Positions 25,169 to 40,545 of a stretch of 64,000 nt of DNA are shown here, one piece after another (position 1 is the stretch's first letter; each line of letters starts with the position of its first letter). The notes under the pieces are model-generated. The model did no database searches, had not been told where the DNA came from, and was given only the letters and a program-made list of their open reading frames with translations. The position numbers and the translations under genes are program-made. The stretch is from Octopus vulgaris (taxonomy: Eukaryota): assembly GCA_951406725.2 (NCBI GenBank), contig OX597815.1:17050001-17114000 (forward strand), written 5' to 3'.

Positions 25169-26225
25169 ATTGTTCCTTTTAAACAAAATTCCTGTTTTTC
25201 CTTTCTACTTCACCGTTTTCTTTAACATCCTTCCTGGATTTACCATTCATAAATAATATCTTATTTTAGTTAATGTAAGTCCATACTATCGTACAGCCAC
25301 CCGATTGCTAGGTTGCTTAGCAAATTCAACAAGTTATAGCTTTGTAACTAATAGCTTGTCGCTCTTCTCTTATTGTGTTACCATTGTGTTTGTCTTGTAA
25401 AGGAGTATTTGTATTTCACATTAACTTAACCCGGATGGATGAAAGGCGATGTTGATTTTACAACTAAAGTGACTTAACTAAATTTTGTTCAATGATTTAC
25501 TTGTTCTGCCAACCATTTCCGTGGGTGTACAACTAATATACATTAGTGAATCCTGCAAGGAGAAACGCAATAGTTATTGTCTGAATATAGATAGTTGGCG
25601 AATATTGAAATTTGTCTATCAGGAAATTTGTCTATCGAAGGAGTTTTATCAGCTTCAAATTCTAGCTGAAAGGGAAAATCCTTTTCTTGAATGCCATGTT
25701 TAGAAAGTGTCGAATTATTTGCTTTCAATTAACAGATACAGTTTCTATAATGTCTATATATTTATCTGTTTCATTCTCGATGTAAGGTTTCTATACTTTC
25801 CTCTAAGTAATATATTTTTATGGATAACTAATCTTTCGTTTTAATCCAATTACATTCACCAGATTCTACGAGTTCTTTGTCAGCTGAATAAAACTGTCAG
25901 TGAAAGCTTCGCTTCTTCTGAAGAAACCGCGATATTTAACACACACCCATTCAAGTTTACCCAATGATAATTTTCGATCTAAAGAAATGCAGGCGTTTAG
26001 AATAGAGGTGGTGTTTGTTTAATCTCCTGTTCTACAAACGTAAATGTCTTCAAATATAATTTAACGTTTAGCAAGTAAACGGAAAGCCAAGAATTGATTT
26101 ATTTTAATCTAATTTGGTTTTAATATTTTTCATAAACTTCAAGAATGATAGTTGGAGCGGATGGTTAAGAATGTAGTAAAAACAAAACAACAAATTAGCA
26201 TTACACATGCTCATACACATACATG

Positions 26226-26651
26226 GGATCTTTTCGGTTTGAACGGCAGTTTTTTCTAGTGGTGTCATATGAAATTGTCACCCATAATTATGACCCTAGT
26301 ATCGATCTATTGCATTTCAATATGTTTTAGAGTTAGGGTTAGTTAGGGTTAGGGGTGGGGGGAAGGGTATCTTTTTTCTTCACAAATGTAAATAAACCCA
26401 ATCTGTTTCTTAAACGAGGGACATATTCATACGGCACAGAATGTTTTTACCTCAATAGACTTCATTGATTGGTTGAAATTGCAGAAATTGAAGAAAAACC
26501 AACAACAAATATCTTACAAACTATAGAATTTTCTCAATAAAGCCAAGAGAAAAAGATGTTTTATAAACACATTCTACTAGTATACGAAGTTTATAATTTT
26601 TTAGTTACCTAGAAATTATGTTAAAAACTGCCGTTCAAACCGAAAAGATCC
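26226..26651 (+). mobile_element. MITE family C
   Basis: TIRs; exact 8-bp TSD CATACATG (26218-26225, 26652-26659). Confidence 0.95.
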
Positions 26652-27879
26652 CATACATGCGTGCACACAGATATTTTACATAGATTTGGTACGTGTAATG
26701 AAAAATGCAAACGTCTTATGATCTTTAATGAATTCGAGGCCGCTACATGATAAGATCGTCTACATATAGGTTAGCAAGGATCGGTAAATTATGAAGAAGC
26801 TCTTGTCTCTATCCAGAGTACCCATTGCTGTTGTACATTGTCTATACAAGATCTAATTAAAGCGAAACTTTCCAGCAATGGCCTGATGGTTTAACTACCA
26901 CTTGATTAACGTGTATATACTACTATATGCATGTTACTTGTACTTGATACTGGTAGAATGACAGTTTTAAAAAACCCAGCAACGTTGGTTATAGCAAATG
27001 CATAAAGTAGGAGCTACCATACTTAATGTAGTGTGCTAAGAAGTTTTAATGAAATACGATTACAGCTATAGCGGTGAAAAAAATATTATTTTAATGATTG
27101 AGATGGTAATTTCAAAATTTTACGCTCACACACGCACACACACACACATGCAAAACTGTGCGAAGTTGGTCTGACCTTTTGAAGTACGATGACAATTATA
27201 GACACGTTTCCGCCTTATTAGATCTCCTTTGTGAGGTATAGAAGTATCGTCTGACTGGTACTACTAGACTTAAGATAACAAAAAAAAAAAAAAACGTTTA
27301 TGGAATAAACACTGACTGATGTGACGACTTTAAAGAATGGTTAGAGCAGTGACTGATTTTCGTTAAAGCTTGTTTGCTAGCTACATCATGTTAGCATACA
27401 TTTTATTATTTGTATTTGATGCACCAGGGATGCTTGCTTTGAATATTTATTTCCAGTCATTCTATCTGAGATATCACGCCACTCTAATTGCATACACTAA
27501 AATCTTATATCATCCCTGGCTGTTCTCAGATTTGGTGATACTGGCTACACCAGCGACGAAAATATAATTATCCTAACGACTGACTCTAATTAAGAAAGAC
27601 AACGGAGAAAACTCTTCCTGTTAAGGTCAAAGAATACTGAAACAGGTTCGGAATTGTTATTGTACTGCTAAAAATGAAACTATCAATAGGTTATTTAAAT
27701 AAACTTAGTTGGAACCCTAATTGTCTTTACCACAATTTTTGAAAATATTTATAATTTCGATAATGACTGTTCTCATCTGTGGGGCTATAAATGTTATGTA
27801 TCAAGATTTCTTGTACGTCTACAGTATATGTTATCTCCCGCTTTACCATATGTATTAATGATATATCAAGTTTAGTAGT

Positions 27880-29150
27880 TTGTTAAATCTATTAGCCAGG
27901 CAGCCCTTCTCTGCGATCAGTACGTACGTCTGTCTTACCTGCCTAAGGAAAACATTAGCGTTGACATTTCCTTTGATCGTTTGAAGTATTCATAGATCGA
28001 TGTCTGCAAAGAAGCAGTTGCAGAAGGAATCACAACTCAGTTAAAATGATTATGAGGGCTTGTTTAGTGCGAGATCTATTGGTGCATGTGAAGTACTGAA
28101 GCATAGAAACTAGTAAAGCGAATAAATTTCAATGACGAAGGCTTGTTGGCCGAGAGGAGCAGAGGCTAATATCACATTTTAGAAAACTATAAATAAGAAT
28201 AATGAATAATAGATTGTTAATAAGAGGTTTATAAAAGCAAGAAATTCAAAGATTATTTCAAATATGATTAAGAATACCATTATATATTATATACTGAGTT
28301 AGGGGAGTACAGCAATATTGTACATCAGCTGCATCGATGTTAAGGGTTGTAACTCAAGAGAAAAGAAAATTTAGCAGGAGACTTGATATTGATGGCAAAG
28401 GGAAGGGAAATGCGTACTTTAAATGGCTATGGGCAGAGCAAAAGCACAGCACAACTAGCTAGAAGCTGTTAATAATGGTAGAAGAGACAGAGAGAAATTA
28501 ATCACAGAAGGAACGGAAGCGCCATCACCTTTCAAAGTCTTCCTAAACTGGTGGGACCCATCTAGCCAAGCCTAGACATCTACAGGTTAATATGAGCAGG
28601 TAAAACCTTATTAGAAAATGAACTGGGGCTTTGGTCCTAATGATTGAAATAAAAAGCTCTAAGTTTCAAATTAAATGGATAGCTTTCATTACAGCTAGTC
28701 TTGTTTATGCGTAGCAGATGCATCGTCCCATACAGGTAGGTTGCAATCTAATGCAGTTCGCACTAATTTCTAGAAGGAGGCTGCAATCATTTGTTCAAAT
28801 CTGAAATGTACTCCTGCTGTGAAGACAAAGCTTGATCTTTAGGATGCAGTTTTGGTTTGCATGAAATATCGTCAACCATTATGAAGTCTAGCATTTGCAG
28901 CAAGTTTATCTTCTGCGGGGCGAGGTGTAAGTGTTATGTAGCAACTGTGGTATGTACAGCGATTCTGTTTTGATATTGCAAACTGAAACTAGGATGTTAT
29001 GGCTGCTAGGCTAAATTATATGTTACAAATTATTCATTACACTATATACTTCACTACATGATTCACAACAGCCAAGGGAACAAAGTGCCGGTTGCTTGGT
29101 TACAGAAACTGCTAACAGTACGGACGATGTAATCTTAGTATGAATCGTAG
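27880..29150 (-). pseudogene. Possible very old LINE reverse-transcriptase remnant
   Basis: Faint minus-strand traces in the expected order (xLDG near 28560, RISL near 28410, FFAD near 28010) in non-microsatellite sequence; heavily decayed. Confidence 0.25.
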
Positions 29151-29569
29151 GACTGAAAGCCCTTCATTAACTGACTAGAAATCAAATATTAGAAGGGTGA
29201 GAGGACAGAATGTCGATATCTTAAAATGACATGATGAGCATTTCCAATTCTGTGATCTCTGTTCTATTGACTTCAAAGCTACCATTCTTCGTTCTTTGAA
29301 CTATAATCTATAAAATTGTAATATTGGCATAAAGCCATGCATTTATAGGAAAGGGAATTGGTCGATTCAATTGATTCCTAGTATATTTTTAGTATTTATT
29401 TTTACTGGTGGCAACACCAGTCGCAGAGGAATTCGAATGTAGAATGTAAAGAGGCGTAACCGAACACAATACATTTTGTCCTTCTGCTGTCCACTGCTTG
29501 TCCTCTGCCTTCTTTGGACTATAATCTATTGACATCAGTCTCACTGTTCAGTTTTTCTCATTTTAAACA

Positions 29570-30020
<451 letters not shown>

Positions 30021-30425
30021 ATCGTGGCATAATAATGTTTCATTGATTAATTCATTCCATCATTTGCTCACTCATTCATTCATTCATGCCAACGGTCATT
30101 CATTGCTCCATTTATTCAACCCTCTCCTTCCCCCTCTTCTTTCTTCCTTTCATCCTTTCATCCTTCCTTCTTCTCCAGTTCCTTCCTTCATTCAGCAGTT
30201 TATTTCTTTATTCATTTATTCCTTCCTTAACCAATCAGTCAATCATTCTCATTAGGCATGAATTCATTATTTTTTACCTCCCTTGATGAAATAATCTCGC
30301 TCTATGAAATGTATAGATGCAAATGATAAGCACTTCCCATGCAATTAACACTATTCTAAAACCTAAACCAATGTCAGTATAAAATAGTTAATAAAATGTT
30401 AAGTAATATGAAGTTCATGTGTCAT

Positions 30426-30842
30426 AGGCGTAGGAGTGGCTGTGTGATAAGTAGCTTGCTTACCAACCACATGGTTCCGGGTTCAGTCCCACTGCGTGGC
30501 ACCTTGGGCAAGTGTCTTCTACTATAGCCTCGGGCCGACCAAAGCCTTGGGAGTGGATTTGGTAGACGGAAACTGAAAGAAACCCGTCGTATATATGTAT
30601 ATACATATATATGTATGTGTGTGTTTGTGTGTCCGCGTTTGTTCTCCCAACATCGCTTGACAACCGATGCTGGTGTGTTTACGTCCCCGTAACTTAGCGG
30701 TTCGGCAAAAGAGACCGATAAAATAAGTACTAGGCTTACAAAGAATAAGTCCTGGGGTCGATTTGCTCGACTAAAGGCGGTGCTCTAGCATGGCTGCAGT
30801 CTAATGACTGAAACAAGTAAAAGAGTAAAAGAGTAAAGAGTA
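30426..30842 (+). mobile_element. SINE family A
   Basis: Full-length match. Confidence 0.92.
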
Positions 30843-32216
30843 GGAAGAATAGTGAGTTGCAATCGTTCATTCTGGGATCTTCTTTGTACTTGTACATTTT
30901 GTGATAGTTCAAGTCCAGGCCAACTCAATTATAAAATGCTTTCTAGCCGGCGCCATATTATTATTTTTGCTTGTATACCAGGGACTACATTAATAGATGC
31001 ACCTATCTTTATTTAAGACAATAAGGTATGGTTCAAAGAGATTTAGTAGCTATTTCTAGTAGGTTGTGTGACCGTGTTGATGGTTTTCTTATATATATAT
31101 TTTCTTATATATATATATATATATATATTTTTGAAAGCTGTTTGTAATGAAATGGTATATTTGTTAATTATCATTTGATAGATAGCTTTAGAGAAACAAA
31201 CAAAAAACGAAACAGAGAGTAAAGAGTGAGGCAAAAATAAAATATTTAAGCACAAGTGTTACTAAATTTAACTGTTAACAATTAAAATGATTTCACCATA
31301 TTTATGGCTGATTAAGTATTTCCATCCGTGTCACGGTGAAGCTCATCAGAATAGATTTTTAAAAGGAACTGATAGCTGCTGTGTAAATATGAACAAGAAA
31401 CGGTTTGTAAACAAGTTACAAAACACATCTAACATATCAGAATTACACAATTAAGACAATGAGATTAAGTAGTAAGATTATTAATAATGGAAACAATTTT
31501 GTCCCTCGTTTGTGTTTGCAGTGTCAGTCCGATGCATCAAAGGAAATGAATGCTAAAAATCAAAGACAAAGCATCAATGACGTAAAACGATATTCGGTGT
31601 ATTCATATTGTTGGAGCCCATACCGCGAAAGTATTTAAATAGTGACAAGAATCAATACTTATTTATATCTTATTCATAGAGTGATGATTGGTGATAAAGA
31701 TAATGGAATAGGTAGAAAACTAGAGTAATGCTTGGTACATCGAATACCCTCAACGCAACTGCATAGGAGGAGACAAAGAAGAAGGCTTCCACATGGAGCT
31801 CTCCGATTGCTAGACATAGCGGTCAAATCCCGCTCATTACCCTCACTATCATAAAAAAGGGGAAAAACACATTGAAAAATGTTCTATATACTGCTGAAAA
31901 GACAGGCTGGCCATGGTTGGAATATCTTTTATTATAGGTTTGTCAGATTTGAATTGACTTCGGGCTACAAAAAAAGAACGACAACAACGATTACAATAAA
32001 AGCAACAACAAATGTAATTGAAGAAACACAACGCGTCACTCGACCAGCTAGAAAGAGTAGGCAAATACCTTCCTTCCTCTTAGAAAAGTATGAAACATTG
32101 GATTACAGAAACGCAAATAGGATTGTATCAATTATAAACGGTATGGTCACGGTTGGGATACAATTGATCATAAGTTTTCATGGGACGGATAGTTCAGATA
32201 TATAAAGAATGACATA

Positions 32217-32450
32217 AGGCGGCGAGTTGGCAGAAACGTTAGCACGCCGGGCGAAATGCGTAGCCGTATTTCGTCTGCCGTTACGTTCTGGGTTCAAATT
32301 CCACCGAGGTCGACTTTGCCTTTCACCCTTTCGGGGTCGATAAATTAAGTACCAGTTACGCACTGGGGTTGATGTAATCGACTTAATCCGTTTGTCTGTC
32401 CTTGTTTGTCCCCTCTGTGTTTAGCCCCTTGTGAGTAGTAAAGAAATAGG
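32217..32450 (+). mobile_element. SINE family B with 16-bp TSD
   Basis: TATAAAGAATGACATA at 32201-32216 and 32451-32466 defines the ends exactly. Confidence 0.95.
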
Positions 32451-33354
32451 TATAAAGAATGACATATTCACTCACACATTCATTCACTGACTCACTCACT
32501 CACTGACTCACTCACTCATTGACTCACTCACTCACTGACTCACACACACACTCACGCACTGACTCACACGCACTCACTCACTCACTCACTCACTTACTCT
32601 CTCTCCCCCTCTCTCTGTATCTCTCTCTTTCTCTTTCTCACACACTTGATAAGTGTATTTGTGCGATACTCACGGCCCTTGAGTCACTTTTGTAATTTTC
32701 TGTTGATTCAAATAAAAAAAAGTATATAGGTACGCTCTGGCTATTCATCTGAGTAGATCCAGCGATTATCACGGGGGCTAAAACCAGGTATTAACATTCG
32801 CTCATATTCTAAGGAAAAATACCCTGTTGATTTAATATTAAGTTTGAATCCCCCCTGGCAACTCTTTTGTTTGTGGGAGATTGTCAAAATAGTACCATCA
32901 GGTACTGGAGGTCATTCAGTTGACTACGTGTACTTCTGAATTATATAACTTAGTCGTGCTTGTTACATATAAAGACACGCGCCTTCACAGACGCGCAAGT
33001 ATATGCTAAAAATGCCTTCGGAAGGAAATTCCATGCTTAGTTAATTTGGTACTACGATGAGACTGTGCCTTCACATTAGCCCACATAATATAATTCAATT
33101 CCGTAGAGTTTTTTCTCCCACTATCTTCTCTTTCTTCGTCTTTTTTCGCTATTATTTGGTGAAGGACTACTATCCGAAACAAAAGATTTTTAATTCTTTT
33201 TCTTCCTTTCAGCGTTAAACTAATATAAACTTTGTATTTCTGTTGTTTATGCTCCTTTATTTTCTTCTTTGATGTTTTGCCAACCTAACGGAAACCTAAT
33301 TCCTGTTATTCAGAGGAGTTTAGATTATGCCCATATGTATATGCTCATCTATGT

Positions 33355-33452
<98 letters not shown>

Positions 33453-33473
33453 GTCTATCTGTCTGTCTGTCTA

Positions 33474-33505
<32 letters not shown>

Positions 33506-33621
33506 GTTAAATTTACTATTACGTCGGTTTATATATATATATAAATCGACATAATAGTAAAGAGTAAATATATATATATATAATAGTAAATACATAAATA
33601 TATATATACATACATCATATA

Positions 33622-33704
<83 letters not shown>

Positions 33705-34007
33705 GTTGGCACGCGCACTCCGTAAGCATAAAAACATAGCCATACCGCAGCAAGAACAAGAACGAAGCAGGGAGAGACAGACAGAGGGTGAGTCTGTGTG
33801 AGTGCGCAGGTGGGGTGGTGTTGGGGGTGGGGGTGGGGGCGGGGGTGGTGGTGGAAGAAGAGAATTGCAGGCATGCATGCATGTAGTTCAACCATTGTTG
33901 CATATTTCCTGTCTTTTATGCAATTAAGCTGGTATCAAAAACGTTTATTCATCCCACATGAAGATAATGGCATACGAGATAATGACTAACATAACATGGA
34001 GATTAGG

Positions 34008-34038
<31 letters not shown>

Positions 34039-34385
34039 GTTCTATGAAGCTATGTATTGTGGTGATTATTACCATGTATTGTTCCTGCAACGAATACTCT
34101 GCTATAACATCCGAACATGTTTCGCCGCCTTCATGATAAATATTTTCTGTTTTTACATTTTATAAATCAATTGTTGCACTCGGCTGGTATTTGTTCATAT
34201 CATACCTTCCTCAGTTCGTTTCAATGCCGTTTATACAATTGCTTCAGCAGTGAGTGAATTATTACGTAAAGCAAATTGGATATATAATAAGCCTCGTTTT
34301 GGATGTTCTATCAACGAGGTGTTCCTACGTTCCTTTTTAATACATTGTGTATCGCTCAGGTTTCCTTTACTTTCTCTTTACACTG

Positions 34386-35040
<655 letters not shown>

Positions 35041-35241
35041 TGTGAGCGCGTGTGTATATGCATCTGCATGTGTGCAATTTCCCATTCATTCATGATTCTA
35101 GGTTTTGCACATTGTTTTGTATTTGTGTGTGAACAGCAAGTAGGTGCAATAAGTATGTGTCTGTGTGCGCATGCGCTCTCTCGTGCCTTCATGCGAATGC
35201 AAGAAAGAGAGGAAGAAAGAAAGAGAGAGGTAGCAAGGTGA

Positions 35242-35272
<31 letters not shown>

Positions 35273-35708
35273 TGAAAAAGAGAGAGAGAGAGACACAGAA
35301 AGCGATCTGATCAGAATGTTGTATGCAACGTGAACTTCTATAGAAATGATTCTACAGTAAAATGCTTTGATTACCATTTCCTAAAAGTAATTTGCAAACT
35401 TGCATGTAATCAGACCAAATTAATTTGGGTTCATTATATACAGGCCTTTTATGATATACTTTGTACTAAATTACGTCTCCAGTCCTTTATATTGATAGCA
35501 GATTCAGGTTTGGAACGGTAATGAGTTCCTTATTTGAGTTATAGTTACAATTATTACTTAGTTATAAATTCTGGCAAGGGATTTGGTTATTTTATTCTTC
35601 TTGTCGCAGTTCACCAAATTATGCTAGCTATCATACGTACACCTTGTAGTTCATTGCATATTAGAGTTATTTGATAAGGTTGTCTCAATGTATTATTATT
35701 ATACATAT

Positions 35709-36130
35709 AGGCGTAGGAGTGGCTGTGTGGTAAGTAGCTTGCTTACGAACCACATGGTTCCGGGTTCGGTCCCAATGCGTGGCACCTTGGGCAAGTGTAT
35801 TCTACTATAGCCTCGGGCCGACTATGAGTGGATTTGGTAGACGGAAACTGAAAGAAGCCCGTCGTATATATGTATGTATATATATGTGTATATGTGTATG
35901 TGTGTTTGTGTGTCTGCGTTTGTGTGTCCAACATCGCTTGACAACCGATGCTGGTGTGTTTACGTCGCCGTAACTTAGCGGTTCGGCAAAAGAGACCGAT
36001 AGAATAAGTACTAGGCTTCCAAAGATTAAGTCCTGGGGTCGATTTGCTCGACTAAAGGCGGTGCTCCAGCATGGCCACAGTCAAATGACTGATGACTGAA
36101 ACAAGTAAAAGAGTAAAAAAGTAAAAAGAG
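35709..36130 (+). mobile_element. SINE family A
   Basis: Full-length match with a small internal deletion. Confidence 0.92.
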
Positions 36131-36343
36131 ATATATTGATTTCAATACAAAATGCTTCCTGTAGTTTCTTTAAAATCGAAATATCATTCGACTTATTACC
36201 AACCCTTCACTCACAAACATGTTTCAGTATATATGTACATAATCAACTACATTCACCCTCAGTCTTACCTAATGATTCTATAATGACTTCTGACATAACA
36301 ACATCTACCTGTGTACTACGTGCTACTGATACTCCTCTCATTG

Positions 36344-37061
36344 TCTCTAATGTGCAGTAGCCTCAACTACATGTTGTAATCCGCTTTCAGACAGTTTCAA
36401 TACTCTACATACACCCGGGATAAAACCAACTGACAGCACCTTTGAAATTGTAGAGCAGATCCTAAACTGTTATTGCTCCTTAGTAGCACTAAAAGGACAG
36501 AGATCTCGAGAGAATGCCTATAGTCTTTAGCCTGACAGTTCTCCATAAGATATAGTTTAATTCTTCGCCGAAATCATCCTCGAAATGTAGTTATTCAAGT
36601 AAGAGTGCGACGGTCGATGTCTGACCGGACTTGTTGTTCATATGGTAAAGACTGTGAGTAGGGGCCCAATCTCCATTTTTCTTTCTACTTCGTCAAAAAG
36701 ACGAGCGAAGTACAAAAGTGCATTTAAAATTTAACAGTGACAACTGGGTACCCTGGGTTTTGTGTTTACTCAAAGCATTCAATAGATGTATTCATGGTTA
36801 AATTTTTCACATCTTGGTATTAAAATTTTTATAGTATATATATATACTATATCAAAAGTATAAATTAGAGATAAAACCACTATTATGCAACTCAAACAAT
36901 GATAGACATAAACCAAAGTCTAAATTACAAATAAAATATATTTTTATAAAACATCTCTCTAATGTGCATTAGCCTCAACTACATGTAATCCACTTTCAAA
37001 CAAATTGAATACTCTGCATACATCCGGGATAGCACCAACAGACAACACCTTTGTAATTGTA
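36344..37061. repeat. Diverged ~110-bp direct repeat pair (36344-36452 and 36957-37061)
   Basis: TCTCTAATGTGCAxTAGCCTCAACTACATGT..CCGGGATA..ACCAAC..CACCTTTG shared. Confidence 0.8.
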
Positions 37062-37548
37062 TTAGATATTTAACATAATAAATGTGTTGTAGGAAATAAT
37101 CCTAATGTTTTAAGTTTCAATATTAGTTAATGGAGTTTTTCTATAAGAAAAATTGTTATTTATGTATTTTAAAAATAAATATTGTTTAACTCTATTTGCT
37201 TATTTATTTAACTATTATCGCTAACCTGAAGATTGACTATAATTTTAAATTGAATTTATTTCAATTGAATTTAAATTTAATTGTAATTCGAATTTAATTG
37301 TAGCCTTGAAACGTACGTAGTGTTTTTACTTATTATATATTGATCATTCATTTTTATACTTTTTGAGATCTAGTTATAAGTTTTATAAAAATATATTTTA
37401 TTTGCTACTATACTTTGGTTTATGTCTATCACTGTTTGAGTTGCATAATAGTGGTTTTATCTCTAATTGATATTTTATATATTTATATTGTGAAATTTGA
37501 TTTAATACTACATTGAATTTTTCCCTGTAAGTTTGGAGTTATACTCCC

Positions 37549-37550
<2 letters not shown>
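36863..37550. mobile_element. AT-rich Penelope-like terminal repeat in two inverted pieces, with a hammerhead-like motif
   Basis: 36863-36952 is the reverse complement of 37380-37468; CTGAAGA (37226) and GAAAC-GTAC-GTA (37308-37319) flank a long AT stem; a third piece lies at ~54105-54310. Confidence 0.55.
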
Positions 37551-37619
<69 letters not shown>

Positions 37620-37702
37620 TCATAATAAGAACAGTAATAAGCCAGTAAATAACGAATATATAGTGCGTGTTTATTTAGCAAAAAAAAAGACCATCCCGAA
37701 AT

Positions 37703-37800
<98 letters not shown>

Positions 37801-38429
37801 CATTCCTTCGTTCCTTGGTTCTGTATACATTATCAACTTATCGTTTCTCCGTCCAAGGGTAATGTAGAGAGATTTATCTGTGCACGGTTGTAGTTGTTCT
37901 TGTTTTTTATTACTTTCGTTATAACTTTTGCTTTTGTTTCTGCTCTGGTTACTGCTATGTTTGTTGTTAAGCTTTTTGTTGATCTGTTTGTTATTCTTGC
38001 GAGTTTGGTTTCTGTTTGTTTCAGTTTTCTTTGTGAGTAGCAGCTTTGATGCGTGTAAATGTTTCCGTCGTTGCAACGGTTGCGAGTTTACTTATCTTTT
38101 CAACTTTGATTGCGAATCTGATTCACGTTCCATCAGTTCATCGTTTGTAATGTGAATAACTGTGAACTTCTCTGCGAAGTAAGATGACGCGTCTCTCTCA
38201 ACTTTTGCTTGCCTTCTCATACTGTCTTTTGCAGCTTGTCGCTTTTGGTCATTTTGGGTCTATACAACATTGTCATTGGACGATGGGGGTAACATTATTG
38301 ATTATAGCCGAAGGATGTAGTACTTTGACTTCCTTGTCCTCTTCATTTACTAATAACGAGGTAATCACTTCCAACTTTTCTGGAGCGCCTTGACACCAGC
38401 AGTGGCTTCCGCAGGTTTCTATTGCTGTT

Positions 38430-38774
38430 GAGCGTAGCGGTCTTCGTCCTAGTGGGAGAAGTCCGAAACGTGGTCCTTTGCTATTCGTAAGACCCGCAGA
38501 AGAGGAAGCAGGTCAACCCCCGACACCGAGAGCATCGACGGATGGATGAATGCACATGTCCCTGCAGGAAGTCGGGGACAAGAAACAGGAAGAAAGAGTG
38601 AGAGAAAGTTGGAGCGAAAGAGTACAACGGGGGTCGCCACCACCCCTACCGGAGCCTCGTGGAGCTTTAGGTGTTTTCGCTCAATAAACACACACAACGC
38701 CCGGTCTGGGAATCGAAACCGCGATCCTCCGACCGCGAGTCCGCTGCCCTAACCATTGGGCTATTGCGCCTCCA
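38430..38774 (-). mobile_element. tRNA(Arg)-like-headed SINE (family D)
   Basis: Minus strand GGAGGCGCAATAGCCCAATGGTTAGGGCAGCGGACTCGCGGTC..GGTTTCGATTCC followed by CORE-like TTGAGCGAAAACACCT; 3' boundary approximate. Confidence 0.75.
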
Positions 38775-39403
38775 CTGCTTTTGCTGTCTGTACACACAAC
38801 TTAGACATTTGTTTTAAAATAGCTTTCACTTTTTGAATTTTTGCCTTTGAATTTTCTCTGTGAAATCGAAACAGTTTCATTACCGGATGAAGAATGGTAA
38901 AACAAAACATATTTCACCAAATTCAAATGGAAATTAATAAATTTCAATTGATAAAAAAATCCAGCCACTTCAAACACTTGTGATTTCAGTCCGATTTTCA
39001 ATTCCAGATACTGCACCTGAATTATGTAATTATATATTTGGAGTGAAAGAAGAAAAAAAATTATCTAATTAAAAGCCAGATTCCATATTTAAATGGATTA
39101 CAATACGCGCTGTTACTGTCACAGAACAAGGCTGTATCTTGTCTTAGTCAACCAGTCCACAAGTACACATCTAACACATCTAACAATTGCTGCGAAGACA
39201 CTTGAACATTTTTTAAATGTAAAATTCCAATACTTAAATACTTAATATTTTTGAGGTAAAAATACCACTGGGCCTATCATATTTGAGTGGTAATTTTCTT
39301 CCATCAGGAAAAGGAGATCCATAACACTTAATATTTTTGGAGAAGTGTCATTTGCATCTTAGAGAGCAGTTATATAAACAGGCGTGGCTGTGTGGTCAGG
39401 CGC

Positions 39404-39634
39404 AGGTGGCGAGCTGGCAGAAACGTTAGCACGCCGGGCGAAATACTTAGCAGTATTTCATCTGCCGTTACATTCTGAGTTCAAATTCCGCCGAGGTCGA
39501 CTTTGCCTTTCATCCTTTCGGGGTCGATTAAATAAGTACCAGTTACGCACAGGGGTCAATGTAATCGACTTAAACCCTTTGTCTGTTCTTGTTTGTCCCC
39601 TCTATGTTTAGCCCCTTGTGGGTAGTAAAGAAAT
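39404..39634 (+). mobile_element. SINE family B nested in the head of a family A SINE
   Basis: AGGCGTGGCTGT(G/A)TGG duplicated at 39380-39395 and 39643-39658. Confidence 0.88.
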
Positions 39635-39642
39635 AAAAAATA

Positions 39643-40037
39643 AGGCGTGGCTGTATGGCAAGAAGCTTGCTTACCAACCGCATGGTTCCGGGTTCAGCCT
39701 CACTGAATCTTAGACATGTATCTTTTACTATAGCCACAGGCCGACCAAAGCCTTTTGAGTGGATTTCATAGACGGAAACTGAAAGAAGCCTGTTGTATAT
39801 GTATATTTATGTATATGTTTGTATGTGAGTGTGTGTATCTGTGTTAGTTCTTCCATCATCGCTTGACAACCGATGTTGGTGTGTTTACGTCCCCCGTAAC
39901 TTAGCGGTTCAACAAAAGTGGCCGATAGAATAAATACCAGGTTTACAAATAATAAGTCATGGGGTCGATTTTTTCGGCTAAAGGCGTTGTTCCAGCATGG
40001 CCGCAGTGAAATGACTGAAACAAACAAAAGAAAAGAA
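39643..40037 (+). mobile_element. SINE family A, older diverged copy
   Basis: Colinear with the family A consensus but with more substitutions. Confidence 0.88.
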
Positions 40038-40065
40038 TATATATATACAGTTATATTTATGTATT

Positions 40066-40137
<72 letters not shown>

Positions 40138-40232
40138 TATACGGTTATATTCATATAATAATAATAATTATTATTATTATATGTATATATATATATATGT
40201 ACGATTATATTCATATAATAATAATAATTATT

Positions 40233-40304
<72 letters not shown>

Positions 40305-40319
40305 ATACAAATAATTAAA

Positions 40320-40545
40320 TAGAGAAACAATTTAGTTGGTTCATCAGCTTTCGGATATTAGAATGTTGACTTATTTATTGACAACCTTAATAGCATACAC
40401 ATATGCATTATAATTCAATACATATAAGATAAGAATACAATTATAAAAATCATAATATAAATTATTGAAATCATTAAAATCACCCCTACAGCTGTTTCAG
40501 CCTATAGTGAGTTGGATCCATAACCCCTAACTTACTTGGTGGTAT
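40320..40545 (-). mobile_element. Penelope-like terminal fragment (3' half of hammerhead motif)
   Basis: Minus strand GGCT-GAAAC-AGCT-GTA-GGGG at ~40483-40502, same stem III palindrome as at 5013-5024; 5' half missing. Confidence 0.4.
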
